Shown here: positions 27,732 through 35,627 of the stretch, piece after piece | Layout of the letters: each line of letters opens with the position of its first letter | How positions within the stretch are numbered: the first letter of the stretch is position 1 | Source: a virus | Lineage: Duplodnaviria > Caudoviricetes | Strand: one strand, 5' to 3' | Length of the DNA stretch: 37,736 nt | IMG/VR virus record: IMGVR_UViG_3300032320_003318 | Location: 1 to 37,736 of that record | Made by a program: the position numbers and the translations under genes | The notes under the pieces: generated by a model | What the model saw: the letters and a program-made list of their open reading frames with translations, nothing else | Databases searched by the model: none | What the model was told of the DNA's origin: nothing

Positions 27732-28730
27732 ATGAAGCAGAAGACAGCGCTAGTTTTAGGGGCCGGTGGGTTCATTGGCAATCATCTTGTAAATAGATTA
27801 AAAAGAGAAGGCTATTGGGTTCGCGCAGTCGATATTAAAAAGCCTCAATATCAAGAATCGATAACAGATGATTGCGTATGGGGCGATGAAGCAGATTTAC
27901 GTAAAGTGTCCAATGTTAGCCGAGTTATAGTCGGCCCTAATCAGGCACATATTAACGATCCGGAGAATTCTTTTGACGAAGTTTATCAACTTGCTGCAGA
28001 CATGGGGGGAGCAGGTTATATTTTCTCCGGCGAGAACGATGCCAACGTAATGCATAATTCTGCAACTATAAATTTAAACGTAGCAAATCAAGCAGCATTA
28101 AAAGGGGTTAAGAAAGTGTTTTACTCCTCAAGTGCTTGTATGTATCCGGAACATAATCAACTCGATCCCTCTAATCCTAACTGCGAAGAATCCTCGGCAT
28201 ACCCCGCAAATCCGGATTCAGAGTATGGATGGGAAAAGCTCTTTAGTGAACGACTATATCTGGCGTATGCGAGGAATTACGGGCTCAATGTTCGGATTGC
28301 AAGGTTCCATAACATATATGGTCCATTAGGAACTTATGATGGGGGAAAAGAAAAAGCTCCCGCGGCAATTTGTAGAAAGGTTATTCAATCAAATGGGGAC
28401 ATTGAAATTTGGGGCGATGGTAACCAAACAAGGTCATTTTTATATATTGATGAATGTATCGAGGGTATTAGGCGTCTAATGAATTCTGAGTTTACTGGCC
28501 CTGTAAATATTGGTTCGGATGAAATGGTAACTATAAATGAATTGGTTGCCCTAGCTGAAAAAGTAGAGGGTAAAAAACTTACAAGAAAATATAAACTCGA
28601 CGCCCCTCGAGGAGTACCTGGTCGCAACTCTTGTAACAAGCTAATAAAAGAAAAATTAGGATGGTCCCCGAACTTTTCGCTTGAAAAAGGTATAGGTATA
28701 ACTTATAGTTGGATTAAAGAACAACTATGA
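27732..28730 (+). CDS. GDP-mannose 3',5'-epimerase-like SDR
   Basis: GAGGFIG, LAADMGGAG, YSSSACMYP, YGWEKL and RFHNIYGP.G...GGKEKAPAAICRK are GME signature motifs. Confidence 0.85.
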   Translation: MKQKTALVLGAGGFIGNHLVNRLKREGYWVRAVDIKKPQYQESITDDCVWGDEADLRKVSNVSRVIVGPNQAHINDPENSFDEVYQLAADMGGAGYIFSGENDANVMHNSATINLNVANQAALKGVKKVFYSSSACMYPEHNQLDPSNPNCEESSAYPANPDSEYGWEKLFSERLYLAYARNYGLNVRIARFHNIYGPLGTYDGGKEKAPAAICRKVIQSNGDIEIWGDGNQTRSFLYIDECIEGIRRLMNSEFTGPVNIGSDEMVTINELVALAEKVEGKKLTRKYKLDAPRGVPGRNSCNKLIKEKLGWSPNFSLEKGIGITYSWIKEQL

Positions 28731-29317
28731 TTATTAAAGATATAAAACTCTACGACGGTGCGTTAATCCATAAAAGATTTGCATATAAATACTTCCGAAA
28801 CCATACCCTACCTATTGGTAATATTGTCGCATTTAGAGCGCCTATGGATGTTTCTATTGACAATATGATTGACCAGGAGGATGTTTTGCAGAATGATACA
28901 ATTGTTAGCGATGATGCTATTAACTTTTGCTGGGAAATCCCTAACCTTTGTCCGAAGGGCGCGGTAGCGTTTCAGCGATTGCTTAATACTCAAATCGCTA
29001 ATGTTCTGTCTCTTAACTATTTAAAGAAGCCTATCGAAGTGAGGGGGGATGATTTAATGGTTATAGACGATTTTACCGGCAGCGATAATCAACTTCGCGA
29101 TAAGGGTAAATGTAGTGTTTCTATAACCTATGCGAAAGATAATGTCGCTATTGGCCACACGGGTATCAATGTATCGGCTGGAAGAAAAGCGCCTCCGTTC
29201 GCATATTCAACAAATCTTAGTGATGAAGATTGCACTAAATTTATGAATGATGTCATTCAAATTTTTTACTCTATAAACGATGAGATTTTTATTGCGTCTT
29301 CGAAGGTGGATTTCTAA
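28727..29317 (+). CDS. DUF366-like protein (lipoate/biotin ligase-like fold)
   Basis: YDG..I...FAY, IVAFR.PM.V...MID.ED, GDDL, K.SVSI and HTGINV motifs. Confidence 0.65.
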   Translation: MIIKDIKLYDGALIHKRFAYKYFRNHTLPIGNIVAFRAPMDVSIDNMIDQEDVLQNDTIVSDDAINFCWEIPNLCPKGAVAFQRLLNTQIANVLSLNYLKKPIEVRGDDLMVIDDFTGSDNQLRDKGKCSVSITYAKDNVAIGHTGINVSAGRKAPPFAYSTNLSDEDCTKFMNDVIQIFYSINDEIFIASSKVDF

Positions 29318-29319
29318 AA

Positions 29320-29407
29320 TATGGTGCTCTTTCGGCTACCATAATTGGCGTAAGCGCTCTAGTAATAGAGGATACTCATTATTGAGATGCCGCTTTTGCA
29401 GCAAAGA
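29320..29407 (+). ncRNA. Candidate structured RNA (hairpin + three-way junction)
   Basis: TATGGT/ACCATA stem; GGCGT/ATGCC closes CTCTA-GTAA-TAGAG and CTCA-TTAT-TGAG. No family recognised. Confidence 0.45.
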
Positions 29408-29440
29408 AAAATATATTAGTTATCCAAATAAATTTATAGA

Positions 29441-29806
29441 ATGACAATTTTTAATATTATCAATTCGCTATTTTTCTCTAAGAAAAAAATCGATATTAAT
29501 TTAGATAATGAGACACAATTTTCACCGTATATGATTAATAGGTGGGTTTCGATGTATTCGGATGAAATGTTAGAGGTTATTAATAATACCTCTAACCGGT
29601 ATGGCAGTCTATTCAATACAAAAGAGCAGCAATATAATTGGTATTATTATCTCTTTCCTAAAATCCGCTTTAAAAAAATTCAATATATTAAAAAGAATAA
29701 AGCAACTAAAGAAGAGATTAAAGAAGACAATCTAGATATCATAGCAAAAAATAAAGAGATAAGTGTAAGAGAGTTAAAACTCTACAAAGACCTCTTCGAC
29801 AGTTGA
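29441..29806 (+). CDS. Clamp loader small subunit (T4 gp62-like)
   Basis: IFNIINS, FSPYMINRWVS and N...N...KEQQY...YIKK pattern and size. Confidence 0.6.
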   Translation: MTIFNIINSLFFSKKKIDINLDNETQFSPYMINRWVSMYSDEMLEVINNTSNRYGSLFNTKEQQYNWYYYLFPKIRFKKIQYIKKNKATKEEIKEDNLDIIAKNKEISVRELKLYKDLFDS

Positions 29807-29830
29807 AATAAAGTTTTTATTTATTATATA
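29803..29830 (+). promoter_or_regulatory. Sigma70-like promoter
   Basis: TTGAAA-N16-TATATA-N6-ATG(29837). Confidence 0.55.
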
Positions 29831-29836
29831 TAATAT

Positions 29837-30238
29837 ATGCGAGCCGATATTGATAAACTTCTACCCGAACGAGGGCTAATACAACTTTCCGCCGATGCCG
29901 TCGTCGACATGGATGTTGATAATTTTAAATTAACACGACTTCATGGAGACGTTTTATTCTGCGAATTTATTGACATGTCAGAAGATGGTGAATCTATTTT
30001 ACGAAATGGTATTTTTGTGCCTCTCCATGTCCGCACTCAGGCGTGGAGAAAGGCCCGGGTAATAATTGCTGGGGTCGATGCTAAATGGAGTAAAGAAGAT
30101 GAAATAGTTTTATTCCCAAATAACTACGGAGTTGCTATTGAGAACCTCGAGATTGACGGTAAAGGCAAAATCAAACACGGAGTCTTTCTCAATGAATCGA
30201 GAATTTTCGGAGTGTGTGTAGAGTCTGAGTCTGAGTAA
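29837..30238 (+). CDS. GroES/Cpn10-like co-chaperonin
   Basis: LHGDVL...GIFVP...KARVIIAG...EIVLFP..YG...FLNESRIFG pattern, with an N-terminal extension. Confidence 0.7.
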   Translation: MRADIDKLLPERGLIQLSADAVVDMDVDNFKLTRLHGDVLFCEFIDMSEDGESILRNGIFVPLHVRTQAWRKARVIIAGVDAKWSKEDEIVLFPNNYGVAIENLEIDGKGKIKHGVFLNESRIFGVCVESESE

Positions 30239-30239
30239 T

Positions 30240-30617
30240 ATGAAAGTCGGTAGGGCGCAATTACAGAATCTTTTACTCGAAAATGTTGCCGAGATAAGAT
30301 TTAGGAGAAGGGTCAATGACCCGACTCGAGCGCCCTACCGAACTATGCTCTGTACCAATAGCGATGCTATATTACAGAGCGTCAATGGCAGGGTTACTTT
30401 AAACTTTACGCCTCCCAAGCAGGGATTAAAATTCAGCCCAGCGGGTAAAAATATCGTAATGACGTGGGATATTTTAATGCAAGAATTTAGAGCAGTATCC
30501 ATGGATGATTGCGAACTGCTTAATAAATATCCTGCGAATGACGAGTTCTGGAAAGTATTTAACGAGAAATTTTTCGTAATGTCTCCAGCACAAAAAGTCC
30601 TTTATATGAACACATGA
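30240..30617 (+). CDS. SH3/Sm-like (WYL_2/DUF2693-like) phage protein
   Basis: EIRFRRR...RTMLCT...WDI...FR pattern, common in T4-like phages. Confidence 0.55.
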   Translation: MKVGRAQLQNLLLENVAEIRFRRRVNDPTRAPYRTMLCTNSDAILQSVNGRVTLNFTPPKQGLKFSPAGKNIVMTWDILMQEFRAVSMDDCELLNKYPANDEFWKVFNEKFFVMSPAQKVLYMNT

Positions 30618-30961
30618 TAAACAGGGAAGCAATAGAAAAGAAGATTTCACATTTACTTCAACGTAATGTAAAGTTTATCATTAACAATAAAGTAGTGCGT
30701 AGTGGTAGATTAGTTATTTTCAATATAAAAGACTTCTATACTACGTTTACAATTTCTGGAGGAAATAATAGGGAGAGTAAAGTGTATGAACTCCCATATC
30801 CGTTTGCTGTAAATATTCTCGAAGACGGAATCGAGTTTGATTACACACTTGAAACCTTATCGAAGGGCAATAAGATGCTCATATATAAATTAAAGGTTTT
30901 AAATAGAATTAAAAAGAATAAAATGTTCGATAATAAGGTTAAGATTCAATATGATATTTGA
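30614..30961 (+). CDS. Hypothetical protein
   Basis: 115-aa ORF, ATGA-coupled to the previous gene. Confidence 0.6.
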   Translation: MINREAIEKKISHLLQRNVKFIINNKVVRSGRLVIFNIKDFYTTFTISGGNNRESKVYELPYPFAVNILEDGIEFDYTLETLSKGNKMLIYKLKVLNRIKKNKMFDNKVKIQYDI

Positions 30962-30985
30962 TTTTTTAAAATCATACATTATATT
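30958..30985 (+). promoter_or_regulatory. Sigma70-like promoter of the helicase
   Basis: TTGATT-N16-TATATT-N5-ATG(30991). Confidence 0.65.
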
Positions 30986-30990
30986 GTATT

Positions 30991-32574
30991 ATGCTTATAT
31001 CAAATTTTCCTGCCAATATACAGCCTCGAGCAGCTCAAATCGAACTTATTGAGCAAATAGAAAAAGCATTTGAGGAGTATGACTTTGTTATTTGTAGCGC
31101 TCCGACAGGGACCGGTAAGTCATTCTTATCAAAAACTCTTGCTAATGCTAGCAAGGACATTGATCCAGACTTTATAGACGATATAACAACGTTTAAGGCG
31201 TTTCGTCAGGACTATGAAGAAGTTTGGCCCGACCAGGGCGCTGCTGTTTTGACGATTACAAAAGCGCTTCAAGACCAATATACGTCCCTTTTTGATGATT
31301 GCGAGTCTCTAAAAGGTAAAAGCAATTATATGTGCGCAGTAGATACAAACTGCGATGTAGAGGTAGCTCCTTGTTTATATTTGCCTAAGTTAAAGAAGGA
31401 GTGTTGGTCGCAACACAAGTGCCCTTATTATGAGCAACGCAATAAGGCTCTTACTAATAAATTCTCTGCCTATAGTTATGATATGTTCTTTGCTCTTCCT
31501 TCTGGTCTCAAGCAGAAAGAGTATCTGATTTGCGACGAGGCTAGCGAAATTGAAGACCAATTGGTAAAGCATTTTACCCTATCGATTACGAGTAGAACTT
31601 TAAAGTTTCTTGACATAAAAACAAAACTTCCTAATGTGACTAACTATAATACTTTCTTTAAATGGCTTACCGATTTAGATTCTTTAATGTCTGATTTGGT
31701 TGTTGAATTAAAAAACACTATCTCTTCGAACAAGAAGACTGAAAAGGATGTTACCAAATATAAAGCACTAACCAGATTAAATGATAAAGTTAAACTCATT
31801 ATCGAATCGTGGAATACTTGTAAGTATGTAATTACTAAAAAGGATGATAATATTACTGTGACGCCGCTTTATATATCAACGCTGTCCTCGAAGATATTTA
31901 AATATGGTAAGAAGATACTTTTAATGTCCGCTACTATTATTGATCCTCAAGACTTCGCGAAGACCCTGGGTATTGAAAAATATAAATTTATAGAAACAAA
32001 ATCTCCGTTTAGCGCTGATAAATCTCCAATCTATATCTCATCAAAATACAAGCTCAATTATAAGAGTCTTCAAGAAAACTTACCTAAAGTAGCGAACCTA
32101 ATTCAACAAATATGCGATGAACACGGAGACGAGAAGGGAGTAATCCATACCCATACTAGTTATATTACGGAGTTTTTAAAAAATAAACTATCTGGTAATA
32201 GATTTCAGTATAGGTATGAGGAGGTAAATAACGAAAAGCTAATACAAGAGCATATTGTAGCGGATTATCCGAGCGTTCTTGTAAGTCCTTCCATTACTCA
32301 TGGGGTAGACCTAAAGGATGATTTAGCAAGATTTCAAATTATTGTAAAATTACCATATATGCCTTTAGGAGATGAACGAATAAAAACGTTGTTTGAAGAA
32401 GATTCGAATTGGTATACAAATAAGATGCTTTCCAATCTCGTTCAAGCATGCGGCCGCGGGGTGAGAAGTCAGGATGATTGGTGTATTACATACATTCTCG
32501 ATGGGGGAGCATCTAATGTCATACAAAGGAGCAAGACTAAATTGCCGAAATTCTTTGTAGACAGGGTACAGTAG
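30991..32574 (+). CDS. DinG/YoaA/XPD-family SF2 helicase with putative Fe-S Cys cluster
   Basis: PR..Q Q-motif, APTGTGKS, KGKSNYMC...C...C...CPYY, DEAS, MSAT, GVD and QACGRGVRSQDD motifs. Confidence 0.9.
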   Translation: MLISNFPANIQPRAAQIELIEQIEKAFEEYDFVICSAPTGTGKSFLSKTLANASKDIDPDFIDDITTFKAFRQDYEEVWPDQGAAVLTITKALQDQYTSLFDDCESLKGKSNYMCAVDTNCDVEVAPCLYLPKLKKECWSQHKCPYYEQRNKALTNKFSAYSYDMFFALPSGLKQKEYLICDEASEIEDQLVKHFTLSITSRTLKFLDIKTKLPNVTNYNTFFKWLTDLDSLMSDLVVELKNTISSNKKTEKDVTKYKALTRLNDKVKLIIESWNTCKYVITKKDDNITVTPLYISTLSSKIFKYGKKILLMSATIIDPQDFAKTLGIEKYKFIETKSPFSADKSPIYISSKYKLNYKSLQENLPKVANLIQQICDEHGDEKGVIHTHTSYITEFLKNKLSGNRFQYRYEEVNNEKLIQEHIVADYPSVLVSPSITHGVDLKDDLARFQIIVKLPYMPLGDERIKTLFEEDSNWYTNKMLSNLVQACGRGVRSQDDWCITYILDGGASNVIQRSKTKLPKFFVDRVQ

Positions 32575-32575
32575 A

Positions 32576-32581
32576 TAAATA
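32576..32581 (+). promoter_or_regulatory. Late-like TAAATA box
   Basis: TAAATA-N5-GTG(32587). Confidence 0.55.
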
Positions 32582-32586
32582 ATAAT

Positions 32587-33741
32587 GTGAAGAGCAGAGC
32601 GTTCAGCTGGGAGATACATGATTTAGTGGGGCAATTTATAGCCGCATTTGATGATGTTGTTATTGGGCGTTTTAATCGCAATAGAGAAGAAAAAGATAGA
32701 ATAGAAGTCGCGTATGTTTATCAGCCTAAGGCGAGAGTCTTACATGACATTGAAAATAGAGCGCAAAATTTAAAACTGCCTATCGCGTCTGTAGTTATCG
32801 AAAGCGTTTCGCGAAATAACAATAGAGCGTTTAATAAAATTGAGGGATTTACATATCCCGCGAGAAGGCAGGATCGCTTCTCAAAAACAACAGTAAAAAT
32901 ACCCCCGGTAGTTCCAGTAGATATAAAGGTAAAATTATCTTTACTCGCTACATATCAAACTGATATTGACCAGCTAATTTCAAATTTTGCCGCTTACGCC
33001 AATCCTTATATTATAATTTCCTGGAAGGTTCCCGAAGAATTTGGTCTTCCAGCTTCAATGCCTCTCAACTCTAAAGTAGAGTGGGACGGTAATATATCTC
33101 TCGGATATCCAGTCGATATCAACCATTCAGCGAGGTCTGTCATCACAGCGGATGCTACTTTTACTATAGAGGGCTGGTTATTTAAAGATATAGTTGATCC
33201 AATTAACAATATCTTCTTTATTGACGCTAACTTTTATAATACTAGAATCCTTTCCGCTGGGAACTTCATTACGTATGATGATTATGCTACTCTCTCAGGA
33301 GCAGATTATTCGTATAGTGAAGGTCAGATAAAAATAACCGAAGTAGATACCGTAAGTATATCGGGCTCGCCTACTATTACAAATGTATTCTTTGCCCCGT
33401 CTGGTAGTGGTCGCGGCTCGTTCCCCCTAATTGATACTAATTATAATATTATTAATCCCGGCAATATTGTAATATATGGTAAGCGATTTAATCATACGAG
33501 AAATGTATATGTAAGTGGCAGTAGCTCTATATATAATAATTTAACTGCTGCTAAATTTACATACTACCCTTCATTTACAGCGTCTATTATTCCGGAAAAT
33601 ACGTATAGGGTTATAACAGAAAATATTATGGAAATTACACTACCGACGCTAACAGGTAGCGGTAAATATAATATTATCATTGATACTATAGTTGGTTGGG
33701 ATACTACATATAGCGCTATGTCTGGAAACTTTATTCTATAA
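32587..33741 (+). CDS. Tail terminator/sheath stabiliser (T4 gp15-like) with C-terminal Ig-like extension
   Basis: F..AFDDVVI.R, V.Y.PK, LP..S, PVVPVDI...L, DIDQLI..F...NP and FTIEGWLF motifs; extra SGSPTIT...IVIYGKRF IPT/TIG-like domain. Confidence 0.7.
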   Translation: MKSRAFSWEIHDLVGQFIAAFDDVVIGRFNRNREEKDRIEVAYVYQPKARVLHDIENRAQNLKLPIASVVIESVSRNNNRAFNKIEGFTYPARRQDRFSKTTVKIPPVVPVDIKVKLSLLATYQTDIDQLISNFAAYANPYIIISWKVPEEFGLPASMPLNSKVEWDGNISLGYPVDINHSARSVITADATFTIEGWLFKDIVDPINNIFFIDANFYNTRILSAGNFITYDDYATLSGADYSYSEGQIKITEVDTVSISGSPTITNVFFAPSGSGRGSFPLIDTNYNIINPGNIVIYGKRFNHTRNVYVSGSSSIYNNLTAAKFTYYPSFTASIIPENTYRVITENIMEITLPTLTGSGKYNIIIDTIVGWDTTYSAMSGNFIL

Positions 33742-33787
33742 ATAGAGCATTGTAATTTACATTATTTTTATTAAATACAAGATATAG

Positions 33788-35602
33788 ATGGCAAAAAACT
33801 TTACAGGAGAGGGCAAGCAGTCAACATTTGGTCGCAACCTAATGAATTATGTGGCTTCGAAACTGCCCTACTCGGGATTTGAGGCAATAGATACAGCCCA
33901 CGAATCTAACCCTAAGTTTAAGCATTTTGAAAATAAAGGTGTAAGAAGACCAGAAGTTCTTGCCAAATATTCTATATCTCAGTCTAACGAATTTAATAAC
34001 GAGGGCGTCGGGATGGTCGATGCTGCTGGTAAGTTCAGCGAGATGATGTATGCTAACGTTCAGAAGAACAAGCATGCCAGAATAAATGACTATAGGGTAA
34101 TGGCCGCGTTCGCCGAAATTGCCGATGCTCTTGATGAAATATGCGACGAGATTATCAATAAGGATGATAACGGAGATATAGTAAAAATAAGTTTTGATAA
34201 AGCCTTCGAAGAAGAACTTTCGTTTGATGATAAGCAGCAACTTATTGAAGAGTATAAAAAATATATAAACTACTTCGAACTCGAAAGAAAAGGGTGGGGA
34301 TATTTTAGAGATATTCTTATTGAAGGCGAGGTTTATTTCGAGCATATTATACATTCTAAACACGCCGATAAGGGTGTATTAGGTGTGGTGAGAGTTCCTA
34401 CGGAGTTAATAGACCCGATCTATAACAATATACAGAACCTTTTAATTAAAGGATATCTATATAGAAAGCCGATTCTCGATCCTAACAAGCCTAATAAAGC
34501 CGAGGATAACTTTGATTATATACCTCTCAATGAAAACCAGGTAGTTTATTTTGATAGCGGTATATGGAACGAAACTAAAAATGTTAGACTGCCATTTATT
34601 GAAAATGCTCGTCGCGCATATAGACAGTTATCTCTAGTTGAGGACGCTATTCTTATTTACAGAATGGTTAGAGCGCCAGAGAGGCTCGTATTCAATGTTG
34701 ATGTAGGTAATATGGCTCCTCCTAAGGCCGAGCAATACCTTCGCAAGTTAATGTCGCAGTACTGGTCCACGAAAACATTTGATGCTAGCCAAGGGGATAT
34801 TGTTAATAAGTTTAACCCTCAATCAATGCTTGATGCGTTCTGGTTTGCTAAAAGAAGCGGTCAAGCAGGAACTACAGTAGATCAGCTTCAAGGCGGTGCT
34901 AATCTTGGCGAATTAACGGACTTAATGTATTTTGTTAAGAAGCTTTATAAGGCTTTAAAAGTGCCAGTCAATAGATTGAGTGAAGAGTCGGCGCTACAAG
35001 ATCCAAAATCAATGCTTCGTGAGGAACTTAAGTTTGCGAAATTTATCGTAAGAATGCAGCAACATTTCGCGACTAGCTTAAAGCAAGGATTTATTACTCA
35101 TCTCAAAATGACTAAACTTTGGGAAAGTTTAGAAATTAAAGAAACAGATTTAGCTTTCGATTTTAACCCTCCTTCCAACTATTATGAATTGAGAGAGGCT
35201 CAAAAATTAGGGCTTAAACTTGATAATTATACTAATCTCTCGACGAACGATCTTATATCAAAAACATACTGTCAGAAGAAATATCTTGGATGGGATGACC
35301 ATGCTATATTGGCAAATAGGCAGTATCTTCGGGTGGATAAGGAACTTGAATGGGAACTTACTCAAATTACTAATATGGGACCGAACTGGCGTGAACAGGT
35401 CGCTGCGAGCGCTGAAGCAACTGCAGTGGCAGCTGGCGGGGATATGGGCGGCGACATGGGAGGGGCAATGGATCTTGGTGCAGGAGCGCCTCCAGCATTT
35501 AGCGGCGGACCTGCCGCTACTGGTCTAGAAGAGCCAGTTCCAGCCGAGACGGCCGAGGCTCCCGTTGAAGGCGCTCCTCCAGCCACCGAAGTATCAGCAT
35601 AG
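33788..35602 (+). CDS. Portal protein (T4 gp20-like)
   Basis: YRVMA..EIADALDEI, QL.LVEDA..IYR..RAPER.VF.VDVGNM...KAEQY, L.GG.NLG, LYKAL.VP..R and REELKF.KFI motifs; upstream TATAAATA 33737-33744 and TAAATA 33772-33777. Confidence 0.95.
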   Translation: MAKNFTGEGKQSTFGRNLMNYVASKLPYSGFEAIDTAHESNPKFKHFENKGVRRPEVLAKYSISQSNEFNNEGVGMVDAAGKFSEMMYANVQKNKHARINDYRVMAAFAEIADALDEICDEIINKDDNGDIVKISFDKAFEEELSFDDKQQLIEEYKKYINYFELERKGWGYFRDILIEGEVYFEHIIHSKHADKGVLGVVRVPTELIDPIYNNIQNLLIKGYLYRKPILDPNKPNKAEDNFDYIPLNENQVVYFDSGIWNETKNVRLPFIENARRAYRQLSLVEDAILIYRMVRAPERLVFNVDVGNMAPPKAEQYLRKLMSQYWSTKTFDASQGDIVNKFNPQSMLDAFWFAKRSGQAGTTVDQLQGGANLGELTDLMYFVKKLYKALKVPVNRLSEESALQDPKSMLREELKFAKFIVRMQQHFATSLKQGFITHLKMTKLWESLEIKETDLAFDFNPPSNYYELREAQKLGLKLDNYTNLSTNDLISKTYCQKKYLGWDDHAILANRQYLRVDKELEWELTQITNMGPNWREQVAASAEATAVAAGGDMGGDMGGAMDLGAGAPPAFSGGPAATGLEEPVPAETAEAPVEGAPPATEVSA

Positions 35603-35616
35603 ATAACCCAAAGGCC

Positions 35617-35622
35617 TAAATA
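35617..35622 (+). promoter_or_regulatory. Late-like TAAATA box
   Basis: TAAATA-N5-ATG(35628). Confidence 0.55.
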
Positions 35623-35627
35623 TATTT

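Noticed and set aside
29320-29407. tRNA, hammerhead, pistol, HDV-like ribozyme or preQ1-II riboswitch
   Set aside because: No cloverleaf or TTCRA loop, no CUGANGA/GAAA core, and the required pseudoknots are missing. The resemblance to preQ1-II is superficial and there is no SD to sequester.
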